DNA of 64,000 nucleotides from Pseudomonadota bacterium (GTDB lineage Bacteria; Pseudomonadota; Alphaproteobacteria; Rickettsiales; UBA3002): NCBI GenBank assembly GCA_963205305.1, contig CAUJIC010000025.1, positions 13,554 to 77,553 of the forward strand, read 5' to 3'. Shown piece by piece: positions 25,603 to 35,169 of this stretch (position 1 is its first letter; each line of letters starts with the position of its first letter). The notes under the pieces were generated by a model. It saw only the letters and a program-made list of their open reading frames with translations, ran no database searches and was not told where the DNA came from. The position numbers and the translations under genes were made by a program.

Positions 25603-25885
25603 TAATCAAGTCCCTCTGCAACAGCATGTCCTCAACGCTTAAAACTGAACTTCAAAAAACACAACCCTAGATTTATCATCCGCGCTATACCGAATGTGCA
25701 TAACTAAAAGTACTCGTAACCTGCAATTGAACTTTTACTTACATCATCTCCCAACCTCTATTATTATATATCTAAACTCTAAAAAAGAGTTGAAGTATCA
25801 AAAATCTTACCTCCGATAATTGAATGTTATCGGAAGCATCATTAAGGCTTTACGGAAGCATTGAGTATGGTGAGAAGTTGCCCAA

Positions 25886-26332
25886 TCACTTTTTGGCCTT
25901 CTTCGCAGGTTTCGATTTAGTTTTAGTTTCCGTCGATTTCTCTGTCGGCGCTTCTGCGTCAAGGTCAGTTGCGCCAATTTCAGCAACACGCGCAAGCAGC
26001 GCATTATACTTACGTGCACATTGTTGTGAAGCTGAAATAGTTTCGGCAGTAAGTCCCAAATCAGTTGCACGCAAACGCCACGCATTAGTCGATTCGGTGG
26101 ATAATTTTTCTGGAACAGAAATGTCGTACTTCTGCTTCTTGCGCCAATCTTCGCCAAACTGCTTCTGAAGTGAACTGAAACTAGCATAAGCACTTCTATA
26201 CGCTGCACTTCTCCTAATGAACTCCCAAGCCCACCCCTTGGTCTTTAATTCATTTAGATAAGCGTAATCTTCCTTCTTTGCCCATTCAGGAGTGCTGCTC
26301 ATAACTAAATACCTTGGCTGCGGTTGACTCAA
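25886..26332 (-). CDS. Mobile-element regulator-like protein (DUF6499 / transcriptional-regulator-domain type)
   Basis: The motif GWAWEFIRRSAAYRSAY matches the W-EFLRRN-x-Y signature I associate with alphaproteobacterial ICE/island regulators. Lys-rich tail. Overlaps the integrase 3' end. Confidence 0.45.
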   Translation of the reverse strand: MSQPQPRYLVMSSTPEWAKKEDYAYLNELKTKGWAWEFIRRSAAYRSAYASFSSLQKQFGEDWRKKQKYDISVPEKLSTESTNAWRLRATDLGLTAETISASQQCARKYNALLARVAEIGATDLDAEAPTEKSTETKTKSKPAKKAKK

Positions 26333-27410
26333 CGATAGCGGACGTATGTGTTTTTATTAGATGAATGTACCGCATTGTCACCTGAATGCTGCTGTGACCC
26401 AAGATTTCTGAAATCTCGTGCAGACCAGCGCCATGCTGAGCTAGAAATGAAGCAGCACTGTGTCTTAAGTCATGAAAATGGAAGTTTTCAAGCATCGCGC
26501 GTTCACGTGCTTTCTCCCACGCACTACGAAAGCCATTTGGGCGCGAAAAATCGAATGGTGAGGCGAAAAGATATTTTTGCTGGGGTGGTTTAGGGCGCTC
26601 ATATACCTCTTTAATGAGTTGGTAGGCAGGGTCTGCAATATAGAGAACGCGCGGCTTTTTGTTTTTAGTAATGGGGAGTAGTATTTTACGCTGCTTAAGG
26701 TCGATATTCGGTATTTGAATTTTCTCAATTTCACTACGCCTCGCCCCCGTGGTAATAGCAAGCACGACAATAGTATGAAGGTCGATGTTGTCAGATTTCT
26801 TACATGCCTGAATCAAAGTTTTCAGCTCATCTTCTTGTAAATAGCGACTGCGCCCCGTTGGTTCAGGGAGTAGCTTTATTTCCGCGATAGGATTCTCAGC
26901 CAGCCAACCCCACTCTGTGCACGCCTCATTTAGTAGGCAATTTAGTGCTCCTACATAGCGATTGACCCGCGCATTCGATAACTTTGATAGTTTAGGGTTG
27001 TTTCTGATGTGGTGATTTTTGAGTAAATCTCTTTGTTGGAGTATGCGGTCTTTCGATATTTCACTGAGTTTGGCCGAACCTAGTTTGTGCTCCCACCAAT
27101 TTAGAAATGGTAATACCTCCTTGTAACGGCGGGCATTAGAGAGTGCCAGATTCTGGCTATACCTCTCAATAGCCTCACTAAGGGTCTTCTTATGATGGGA
27201 TACTTTGCCGAATGCCCGCTGATGTTTGTATTCATATTCTGTCTTATTAGCCCATTCATTCGCGTCGGTCTTACGGTCAAAGGTTTTTGATGTGCGCGGA
27301 CACCCCTTTAAGGTGATGGTCGCTTTATATTTTTTTATAGTCTTAGCCTCCCCGCTTGGTGTCTTATGCTGGTATTCTCTGACTTCAATCGTGGCCATTA
27401 CTGTCTCCAT
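26286..27410 (-). CDS. int: Tyrosine recombinase / phage-type integrase
   Basis: C-terminal catalytic residues: ...TGARRSEI..., HFHDLRHSAASFLAQ, LGHSSIQVTMRYIHL (R..HxxR..Y). Adjacent to the tRNA-Thr 3' end. Confidence 0.9.
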   Translation of the reverse strand: METVMATIEVREYQHKTPSGEAKTIKKYKATITLKGCPRTSKTFDRKTDANEWANKTEYEYKHQRAFGKVSHHKKTLSEAIERYSQNLALSNARRYKEVLPFLNWWEHKLGSAKLSEISKDRILQQRDLLKNHHIRNNPKLSKLSNARVNRYVGALNCLLNEACTEWGWLAENPIAEIKLLPEPTGRSRYLQEDELKTLIQACKKSDNIDLHTIVVLAITTGARRSEIEKIQIPNIDLKQRKILLPITKNKKPRVLYIADPAYQLIKEVYERPKPPQQKYLFASPFDFSRPNGFRSAWEKARERAMLENFHFHDLRHSAASFLAQHGAGLHEISEILGHSSIQVTMRYIHLIKTHTSAIVESTAAKVFSYEQHS

Positions 27411-27613
27411 AGCTCAATGAGTGACATGTATTCTTATGGAGGCTTTTCTACACACACTGAGACTGCCAACCGTATCGGAAATATAGAGTTTTCTACTTTT
27501 CCGACTCCATAGGCAGCACCAATGTTCCGTTCCATAAGAACAGTCACCAAGTCATGAAGATTGAAAGCCAGTGCTCCTATAGTGCTCCTGCACTATGAGG
27601 AAGGTCTGGAAAC

Positions 27614-27688
27614 TGGTGCCGGTTGCAGGAATTGAACCCGCGACCTTCGGTTTACAAAACCGCTGCTCTACCCCTGAGCTAAACCGGC
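27614..27688 (-). tRNA. tRNA-Thr (anticodon UGU)
   Basis: The reverse complement GCCGGTTTAGCTCAGGGGTAGAGCAGCGGTTTTGTAAACCGAAGGTCGCGGGTTCAATTCCTGCAACCGGCACCA folds as a cloverleaf. Its 3' 48 nt form attL. Confidence 0.9.
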
Positions 27689-27857
27689 ACATGGTTGCCA
27701 CGTAACGGATTTTGGGCGCGGGTGCAAGCATTGGAACGTAAAGGGGTGCTATGAAGGGGCGCGAGTGCAGCAAAAACTGGCTTTAGCCCTCGAGTTTTTT
27801 TGGTTCCACGGCATGCGCGCCATGAGAAAGACTAGTGGCATCGAGCTTAGGTAGGGA

Positions 27858-29159
27858 CTAAATTTCCTTTACCCACGGCCGCGTATTGCTGGGTTTGCCG
27901 AAATAATAGCCTTGCAGGTAATCGACGCCTAAATCCATCAGCATTTTGGCTACTTCGCCCGTTTCGACAAATTCCGCGACGGATTTGAGGCCAAAGCCCT
28001 TGGTGAAGTCGAGCAGGATTTTCACAAATAAACGGCTATCGGCGTTGTCCGTCAGGTCGCGGATAAACGCGCCGTCGATTTTGACATAATCGATGGAAAG
28101 GGTTTTGAGCTGGCGGAACGAAGTGTAGCCCGAACCAAAATCATCGAGCGCAATCATGCACCCAAGCGCCTGCACCTCGGCACAAAAGCGTGCGGAGTGT
28201 TTCAGGTCACCATGCACGGCAGTCTCGGTGATTTCGACCGTGAGGCGTTCAGCCACATCGGGGTTTTTGTTCATCAGCTCGGTCAGTAAGGTCAGCCAGC
28301 CACTATCTTGAATGGTGAGGTTGCTGACATTGACGGCAAGGCGCACGTTCGCATCCATCCTGAGCTCGTTCACGACTTTTTCGAGCACGATGCGATCGAT
28401 CATCGGGATGAAGCCCATGCGCTCGGCAATAGGGATGAGCGCGCCTGCGGAGGTGATGGTGCCATCCTCGCTGCATAGGCGCAGCAATGCTTCGTAATGG
28501 ACAACTTCGCCCGTGTGGCTGTCGATGATGGGCTGGTAGGCAAGGCGGATACGACCTTCCTTCACGGCTTGGCCGAGATAATTCGCGAGCCCCATTTCCT
28601 CGCGGTGGTCGGCACCCGAAATATCGTCATGGATGATATCACCGCCCGTGTTTTCGGTGAGGATGACCAGCGCGCGGCCGAGGATTTCCTCGGGCTGTGA
28701 GACGGCATCGGGCACGATTTGGTACGAGGTGGAGATGAGGCAATGCAGCTCGCCATACCGCGAATTGTAGCTGTAGGAGCGAATCGCATCCTCGACTTCG
28801 GCGCACCAGCGCTCGGCAGCGGAGTCGTTCGTCGCGGGCATGAGGATACCGAATTGGTCCCGCTGGACGCGGGTGACGGATGCTTTCGCGCCTGCTTTTT
28901 CATGGATGATTTGATAGAGCTCGCTCATCACCGCCTCGGCCACGGCCATGGAGTAGCCCGACATGATCATGGCGAGGTTATCGATTGCAACAAGCACAAG
29001 GGCCGCTTGCTCCTGCGTGGCGCGTGCGTGTGTTTCTAGTTTCGCCAACGCATCGATAAACGGTTGCGGATAACCGCAGGCGCCCAGTGAACTGGTGGCC
29101 GTAGTGGGTTGGTCGTGTTGGCGTCGGAACATGATTCCATACTCGCCATTTCGCTGCAA
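27858..29159 (-). CDS. Cyclic-di-GMP phosphodiesterase (degenerate GGDEF-like N-terminus + EAL domain)
   Basis: EAL motifs YEALLRL, DDFGSGYTSF and QGYYFGKP. The N-terminal half is GGDEF-like, but I do not see an intact GGDEF motif. Confidence 0.85.
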   Translation of the reverse strand: MQRNGEYGIMFRRQHDQPTTATSSLGACGYPQPFIDALAKLETHARATQEQAALVLVAIDNLAMIMSGYSMAVAEAVMSELYQIIHEKAGAKASVTRVQRDQFGILMPATNDSAAERWCAEVEDAIRSYSYNSRYGELHCLISTSYQIVPDAVSQPEEILGRALVILTENTGGDIIHDDISGADHREEMGLANYLGQAVKEGRIRLAYQPIIDSHTGEVVHYEALLRLCSEDGTITSAGALIPIAERMGFIPMIDRIVLEKVVNELRMDANVRLAVNVSNLTIQDSGWLTLLTELMNKNPDVAERLTVEITETAVHGDLKHSARFCAEVQALGCMIALDDFGSGYTSFRQLKTLSIDYVKIDGAFIRDLTDNADSRLFVKILLDFTKGFGLKSVAEFVETGEVAKMLMDLGVDYLQGYYFGKPSNTRPWVKEI

Positions 29160-29227
29160 AGCGCAAGGTTACGAGGGGTTGGGGGGTGCATTATTCCCAA
29201 CCAACACACCAAACGTTGCTTAAAAAG

Positions 29228-30067
29228 TCACACGAGCCGCATGGCGAGTAATGTCATGAGCAGAATTAGCCCCGCCCACTGGTTGCTGCAAAACAAGGCA
29301 CCCGCGCGCGCAGGCACGCAAGGCAGCTGACGAATTTGCCAAAGCAGTTGCGCGCCTACCAACGCAAGTCCAAGATAATAAATGAAATTAAGGTGCAACA
29401 TGGCACCCGTGAGCGCCAGCAGCGCCAGCATGAGCCCATAGCACGCGGCGACGAACCAACGGATGCGTGCCAAGCCTAAGCGCCGCGCGGTGGAGCGGAT
29501 GCCTGCTTTCTCGTCATCAGCCATATCTTGCACAGCGTAAATGGTATCGTAGCCAAGTGTCCAGAAAATGCAGGCGGCATAGAGCGTGAGGGTGGGCACA
29601 ATGAGTGGTGCACCCGTGGCCAACCAACCAAACAGCGCGCCAAGGTTGAAGGTGAGGCCAAGAAAGACCTGCGGCCACCAGGTGATGCGCTTCATCCACG
29701 GGTAAAGCGCAATCATGGGCAGGGCGAGGAGGGCAAGCATCAACACCTGCACGGGCAAACTGAGCGCGAGAGCCAGCGCGGCACAAAGCAGGGCAACGAG
29801 CAGCAGCATCGCCTGCCACGGTTTTATCGCACCGCTGGCGAGTGGGCGGTGTTTGGTGCGCTCTACCTGTGCGTCCAGCTTGCGGTCGGTGAGGTCGTTG
29901 ATGATGCAACCCGCCGCGCGGGTGAGGGTGGCGCCGATGAGCATGAGTAGCATCAATAGCCCCGAATTGCCCGCGCCAACCAGCGCCACCGCCCAGCTAG
30001 CGGGGAAGAAGAGCAGCCAGATGCCGATCGGCTTGTTGAGGCGGGTGAGTTCGAGATATGCGCGCAT
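29228..30067 (-). CDS. ubiA: 4-hydroxybenzoate polyprenyltransferase
   Basis: NDLTDRKLDAQVERTKHRPLASG plus a second Asp-rich motif YAVQDMADD. Polytopic, 279 aa. Confidence 0.9.
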   Translation of the reverse strand: MRAYLELTRLNKPIGIWLLFFPASWAVALVGAGNSGLLMLLMLIGATLTRAAGCIINDLTDRKLDAQVERTKHRPLASGAIKPWQAMLLLVALLCAALALALSLPVQVLMLALLALPMIALYPWMKRITWWPQVFLGLTFNLGALFGWLATGAPLIVPTLTLYAACIFWTLGYDTIYAVQDMADDEKAGIRSTARRLGLARIRWFVAACYGLMLALLALTGAMLHLNFIYYLGLALVGAQLLWQIRQLPCVPARAGALFCSNQWAGLILLMTLLAMRLV

Positions 30068-30144
30068 GTCGGTTACTATATGCCCAAATTGACGGTGCGC
30101 AGCAATCTTCTTGCTGGATGAATTTCCTCGACTATGTTCATCCT

Positions 30145-30912
30145 ATGACCAAACCCCGCTATCGCCTCGCTGCTGATGCTATTCTATCGCCCAATGCGCG
30201 GGTGAGTTTGCACGAGAGCGCCGCTCATTACCTCAGCAGCGTGTTGCGCCTAACGGTAGGTGCCGAGCTGTTGTTGTTCAATCGCGCCGATGGCGAGTGG
30301 CTCGCCAGCATAGAAGAAATTCGCAAAAAGGAAGTGGTCGTCACGCTGGGCGGCACATGTTTGCGTGCGCCAACCAAACCACTTGGCCTCACCGTCTGTT
30401 TTTCGCCCATCAAAGGTGGGCGGATGGAGACGATTATCGAGAAAGCGACGGAACTGGGGGCGAGTGTGCTGCAGCCTGTGATCACCGCGCGCACCATTGT
30501 CGATAAGGTGAACCTTGTGCGTGCCGAAGCCATTGCGCGTGAGGCCGCTGAGCAGTGCGAACGCATCGACTGGCCCGAAATTCGTGAACCAGTGAAATTG
30601 CTGAAACTGTTGGGCGATTGGCCAAGCGATGTACCGCTGATTTATGGTGACGAGAGTGGGGCAAGTGACTCGGTCACGCGCCTTGCTGCATTGGCCGTGC
30701 CGCAGCAATGGGCAATTTTGGTAGGCCCCGAAGGCGGGTTCACACAGGGCGAATTTACCGCACTCGCCAAAGTAAAAGGCGCGTATGGGGTTGGTTTGGG
30801 CCCGCGCATCTTGCGCGCAGACACCGCAATCATTACATTGTGCGTTGCAACAGCGAGTGTCTGGGGCGATTGGCACGAGCGGCCACGCTTTGTGGCTGAG
30901 GGAGAAACATGA
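30145..30912 (+). CDS. rsmE: 16S rRNA (uracil1498-N3)-methyltransferase
   Basis: SPOUT/RsmE features: RYRL... start, FSPIKGGRMETIIEKATELG, ILVGPEGGFTQGE. The track start at 30058 is an upstream extension. Confidence 0.85.
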   Translation: MTKPRYRLAADAILSPNARVSLHESAAHYLSSVLRLTVGAELLLFNRADGEWLASIEEIRKKEVVVTLGGTCLRAPTKPLGLTVCFSPIKGGRMETIIEKATELGASVLQPVITARTIVDKVNLVRAEAIAREAAEQCERIDWPEIREPVKLLKLLGDWPSDVPLIYGDESGASDSVTRLAALAVPQQWAILVGPEGGFTQGEFTALAKVKGAYGVGLGPRILRADTAIITLCVATASVWGDWHERPRFVAEGET

Positions 30913-32186
30913 TGGCAATGGCAGCTCTGAAAACAACAGCGCCCAGCGCGGTGATGGATATTTTAAAGGAACTGAGCGAAAAGCGCGGCGAGGAAGTAAC
31001 CGCGTGGATGGAATCACGGGCGATGGAATCAGGCGCGCCGTTTTATTCCTCGGTCGATGTGCGGCATGCGGGTTATAAACTCGCACCTGTCGATACGAAC
31101 TTATTTCCCGCAGGGTTTAACCAGCTTTCGGGTGCGGCGCGGTCGCGAGCCGCGACGCGCATAAAAAAGAGGCTCATGCGCTACAATGAAGTGTCGCGCG
31201 TGTTGGTGATTCCTGAGAACCATACACGCAACGTGGGCTATATCGATAACCTGACAGCGCTGCTTTCCATTCTGCGCGAGGCAGGCTGTGAAGTGGAACT
31301 AGGCAGCTTGGCGGCCACCGATGCGCCGATCGAGGTAGTGAATTCGGCCAGTGAAACGTTACGCGAAATGCCGCTCGCGCGCCATGGCAGCTTGCTTAAA
31401 ACAGGTACGGGGTTTTGCCCGCAGCTGATTTTGCTCAACAATGATTTAACCTCGGGCTTGCCCGATGTGCTGCGCGGCGTAAGCCAGCCGATTGTGCCGC
31501 GCCCAAGCCAAGGGTGGCACCGCCGCCGTAAGTCGATTCACTTTGAGGCGTATGATAAACTCGCGCGCGAATTTGCTACCGCCTTTGCGATTGACCCGTG
31601 GCTGATCACCACCGAGTTCCATAAATGCGGCCGCGTGAATTTTGGCGAGCGCCAAGGGCTTGAATGCGTGGCGATGGGGGTGGAGAAAGTGCTGCACCGC
31701 ATCCGCGCGCATTATGAGCGCTATGGGATTACGAGTGAGCCGTATGTTTATGTGAAGTCCGATTCGGGCACCTATGGCATGGGGATTATGACGGTGAAAT
31801 CGGGCGATGAGATGCTCGAGATCAACAAAAAAATCCGCAACAAAATGAACGTCATCAAAGAGGGTGTGCAATCCACCGAGGTGATTATTCAAGAAGGCGT
31901 GCCGACGGTGGATGTGGTGGAGAACGCACCTGCGGAACCCATGATGTATCTAGTCGATGGCCATGCCGTGGGCGGCGCGTATCGCGTGAATGCCGAGCGC
32001 GATGCTGAAAATAATTTGAATGCCACCGGCATGCGCTTTGTGGGTATGTGCGACGAAGCCGAACCGCACGACGACCACGCCCAACGTGCGCTACCACCTT
32101 GCCAATTCGGTGCACTGGGGCTGATTGCGGAACTGGCCAGCATCTCCGCCCAGCGCGAAGAATATGGTGAGAGCTATTCGATTTAA
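30909..32186 (+). CDS. gshA: Glutamate-cysteine ligase (compact, T. ferrooxidans-type family)
   Basis: FYSSVDVRHAGYKLAPVDTNLFPAGFNQL and YVYVKSDSGTYGMGIM match my recollection of this GshA family. The start overlaps the rsmE stop. Confidence 0.6.
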   Translation: MMAMAALKTTAPSAVMDILKELSEKRGEEVTAWMESRAMESGAPFYSSVDVRHAGYKLAPVDTNLFPAGFNQLSGAARSRAATRIKKRLMRYNEVSRVLVIPENHTRNVGYIDNLTALLSILREAGCEVELGSLAATDAPIEVVNSASETLREMPLARHGSLLKTGTGFCPQLILLNNDLTSGLPDVLRGVSQPIVPRPSQGWHRRRKSIHFEAYDKLAREFATAFAIDPWLITTEFHKCGRVNFGERQGLECVAMGVEKVLHRIRAHYERYGITSEPYVYVKSDSGTYGMGIMTVKSGDEMLEINKKIRNKMNVIKEGVQSTEVIIQEGVPTVDVVENAPAEPMMYLVDGHAVGGAYRVNAERDAENNLNATGMRFVGMCDEAEPHDDHAQRALPPCQFGALGLIAELASISAQREEYGESYSI

Positions 32187-32209
32187 CGGCGTGGGCTGCT
32201 TACACTAAA

Positions 32210-32245
32210 GGGGGCACCGTTGTTTACGGCGCCCCCTTTGTGTTT
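32210..32245. terminator. Bidirectional rho-independent terminator between gshA and the DUF465 gene
   Basis: GGGGGCACCG-ttgttta-CGGCGCCCCC followed by TTTGTGTTT, with AAA on the other side. Confidence 0.7.
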
Positions 32246-32447
32246 AGCCAAGCAACATCATGCCTTTGGTGCGCCGCAGCTTGTTGAGCTTATCTTTAAT
32301 CAATAAGCGTTGCTTTTTAAGGGTAATGATGCGGAACCAGTCGGGGTTTTTCTTTTTGGTTTCATCCTCGATATGAAGCTGAATTTTTGCTGATTTTGTC
32401 ATCAGCGTTTTCATGGCTTTCAAGGGTTTTAACGGATTCATTTTCAT
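32244..32447 (-). CDS. DUF465 (YdcH-like) small protein
   Basis: ITLKKQRLLIKDKLNKL matches the YdcH MKKQKLQLKDEM signature; 67 aa. Confidence 0.55.
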   Translation of the reverse strand: MKMNPLKPLKAMKTLMTKSAKIQLHIEDETKKKNPDWFRIITLKKQRLLIKDKLNKLRRTKGMMLLG

Positions 32448-32724
32448 TCGAAACTCTCCTAACGTTTATGGTTAAGGGAGATTCCTGATGCGTTTTCGGG
32501 CGCACCGGGAATTCCCGATGCGATCCGACATCACGCCATGATTCGGCGCCAGAGGGGCCCGGCTCGCACCACGAGATATGGGGAGAAGAAAAACGCGTTT
32601 CAAGGAGGGGAGTGAAAAGTAGGTGTGCAGTGCAGCAAAACCGCAGCAATTGTCACGAAATCTTAACATTCTTTAGGGATTAGATGAGTTAGGAGTGAGG
32701 TTTCTAACACCAAAAGGAGAAAAA

Positions 32725-33261
32725 ATGAGCAAAGATGGACATCGTCGTCACGCAGGCAGCCACCACAATCATGGGCACGCCGCACGGTATGATGCGCGTG
32801 TTGCGCATCAGCGCTTCGAACGCCCCGTAGCCGAGCACAAGCCAGCGGAACTTAGCTCTGCCGAGCGAACAAAATTATTGGTGCAGATGGAAACCAACCC
32901 AGAAGCATTTAAGCAGCGGGTGCAGCTATGGCGCGCTCAGAACCCTAAGGGTAAGTTAGAGTTAGGTGATGCGAATGCCTATTCGACCATAGTGGGTATG
33001 GATTTTACAAAATATAAGCCAGAAGACCTAGAGAGAGTGGCGTTCACCCGCATCGAATTCAAGGGCGCAAAGTTTGCTAATCCCGATCAGGTTGCTGCAT
33101 TCGATGATTGCGATACATATTACAGCGGTATCATACTGGGCAGCGAACAGGCAGTTGATAGGCCGAAGCCGACTCAGCAACAGATGGCGAGCATGACTGC
33201 GCGAGCGCGTGTTGAACAAGAAGCTGCAGCTATAAATGCCATGATGCGCAGCGGCCGCTAA
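32725..33261 (+). CDS. Hypothetical protein (178 aa), His-rich N-terminus
   Basis: AAAGGAGAAAAA upstream of the ATG at 32725. Product MSKDGHRRHAGSHHNHGHAARYD... No recognised domain. Confidence 0.4.
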   Translation: MSKDGHRRHAGSHHNHGHAARYDARVAHQRFERPVAEHKPAELSSAERTKLLVQMETNPEAFKQRVQLWRAQNPKGKLELGDANAYSTIVGMDFTKYKPEDLERVAFTRIEFKGAKFANPDQVAAFDDCDTYYSGIILGSEQAVDRPKPTQQQMASMTARARVEQEAAAINAMMRSGR

Positions 33262-35000
33262 CGCACCCTACTTTCGGGGAAAATAATCCGGACGGTGGTG
33301 CCCACGCCCACCTCACTGGTGAGCTGCAATTTGCCGCCGTGAAGTTCAGCGAACATTTTGCATAGTGGCAGGCCTAGCCCTGTACCCTCATGGCTTTGGC
33401 TGCGGTGCACTTGGCCAAACACGGCGAGTGCTTTGGGGATGTCCTCGGCAGGGATGCCGATACCTGTATCCGCCACGGTGAGGTGCATCTGGCGGTGCTG
33501 GTCGAGCCGTACCCCGATGGTGATGGTGCCGTTTTGTGGGGTGAACTTAATGGCGTTACTGAGCAGGTTAAGCAAAATTTGGCGAACCTTTCGCTTGTCG
33601 GCGACGAGCAGGGGCAAATGCTCGGCAATGTCGCTGACGACCTGGATATGCTTGGCTTTCGCGCGTTCGGTAATGATGCGTTCTGCTTCCATCACCGAGC
33701 GTTTCATGTCGACTTCTTCTTCGTGCAGCTCGAGCTTGCCTGCCTCACCTTTACTGAATTCAAGAATGTCGGAAATGAGTTGTAGCAAATGCGTGCCGCA
33801 CAAATTGATATCCTGCACGCGTTCTTTTTGTTTCTCGTTCAGGGCCCCAAAATAGCCCGCGCCCAGCATTTCCGAAAAGCCGATGACGGCGTTGAGCGGT
33901 GTACGCAGTTCGTGGCTCATATTGGCCAAAAATTCAGATTTCGCTTGGCTGGCGAGGATGGCCGACGCCTCGGACTCCTCGACCCGAATAATCTGCTTAG
34001 CCATGTTGAGCGCGAAGTAGGAGAGCACCGAACCAAAGATGGTGAAGATGGCAAGAAAGGATACATCCTTGGTGCGCGCGTGGCGCCAGCTATCGAGGAA
34101 ATCTTCTTCATCGATGACGATAGCGGTGATGATGCCTAGGGTTTTCAGGTGTGTATAGGAATAGATATTGATGCGGTTGTCGAAGGTTTTGGTATCGGTG
34201 ATGATGCCTTTGGTTTTGCGAGTTGTTTTAGCGTTATCGGCGATGAACCCCAGAATGGTATCGCGTTTTTTATCATCCGCCCCACTGGTATAAAGCAGGG
34301 TTCCATCCTCGAGCATGAGGCTGAGGAAGCGGTTGCTGCCTTGGTCGACCGAGGCAAAGAATTCGCTAAAATAGGTGGGGTCAATGGCCGCAATAATAAC
34401 GCCGCCAAACGTGCCATCGATCTTATTGATGCGGCGGCTCATGACGATAAATTGTGGGTGCGATTTGCTGCGCGTGCGTTGGTTGCCAATAAAGGTACCC
34501 ACTTCTGTATCATCCTTCACAGCTAGGAAGGCGGGGTCGCTATCAGCGGAGTCGGCATAATTATACCAATCATCGTAACCGCGCTTATTCGCTGCCACTT
34601 TAATGGTGCCGCGCTCATCGACCAGCATCAGTGCCGCGATTTGCGGAGTATCATCGACCCAGAACTTGAAATTATTCTCGATATCGTGCGGCAAATTACC
34701 ACCGAACATGGTGTTGAAATATTGACGCTCCACCGCGCGTTGCAGCACAAGGTCGACGCCAAGCAAGGTTAATCCGACCTGATCGGAGATAATGCTGGTG
34801 AGGCGGGTGGCATTGGTTTTTCCCTCGTCGATGGACGTTCCGTAGGCTTTGGAGGCCTGATAGGCAACGAATACACAGAACAGCAGCATGATGAGTGCTG
34901 AGAACGCAATCAGCGTTTTAGCCTTGGGCGAGCGCCCACGCCCCACCGCCACGCGCGGTGCGTTGATTGATTTACCTGCAGATATCTCGGACTTCTCCAT
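33258..35000 (-). CDS. Sensor histidine kinase with a periplasmic Cache-like domain
   Basis: Two TM segments flank a ~270-aa periplasmic region. HisKA H-box SHELRTPLNAVIGFSEML. HATPase N and G boxes (LLNLLSNAIKFT, DTGIGI, GTGLGL). Confidence 0.85.
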   Translation of the reverse strand: MEKSEISAGKSINAPRVAVGRGRSPKAKTLIAFSALIMLLFCVFVAYQASKAYGTSIDEGKTNATRLTSIISDQVGLTLLGVDLVLQRAVERQYFNTMFGGNLPHDIENNFKFWVDDTPQIAALMLVDERGTIKVAANKRGYDDWYNYADSADSDPAFLAVKDDTEVGTFIGNQRTRSKSHPQFIVMSRRINKIDGTFGGVIIAAIDPTYFSEFFASVDQGSNRFLSLMLEDGTLLYTSGADDKKRDTILGFIADNAKTTRKTKGIITDTKTFDNRINIYSYTHLKTLGIITAIVIDEEDFLDSWRHARTKDVSFLAIFTIFGSVLSYFALNMAKQIIRVEESEASAILASQAKSEFLANMSHELRTPLNAVIGFSEMLGAGYFGALNEKQKERVQDINLCGTHLLQLISDILEFSKGEAGKLELHEEEVDMKRSVMEAERIITERAKAKHIQVVSDIAEHLPLLVADKRKVRQILLNLLSNAIKFTPQNGTITIGVRLDQHRQMHLTVADTGIGIPAEDIPKALAVFGQVHRSQSHEGTGLGLPLCKMFAELHGGKLQLTSEVGVGTTVRIIFPESRVR

Positions 35001-35169
35001 CGTGTCCCCACTATGCCAGCCGGTTATTAAATAAACGCTAAGAAAGGGTTACGATAGGGTTAGGATTTAGCCGCAGGACACAAAAAATACTTAATATACT
35101 GATATAATTGATAATTATCGGATATATAATTGTGCGCGTAAGGCGCTAAATTGGCCAATCTTCACCTAA

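Larger units (their letters stand above)
21493..27661 (-). mobile_element. tRNA-Thr-integrated genomic island (about 6.1 kb between the 48-bp direct repeats)
   Basis: Perfect 48-bp direct repeats. A tyrosine integrase sits next to the intact tRNA. The interior is visibly AT-richer. Cargo is an RTX-repeat protein. Confidence 0.85.

Noticed and set aside
27505-27533. Sequence ttccgactccataggcagcaccaat inside the island, loosely resembling the tRNA-Arg 3' end (ttcgactccagtcgggtccgccaat). This raised the idea of an older, larger island anchored at tRNA-Arg (19968).
   Set aside because: Only about 70 percent identity over ~28 bp, dominated by a GACTCCA 7-mer. It is much weaker than the perfect 48-bp tRNA-Thr repeats and is probably chance.
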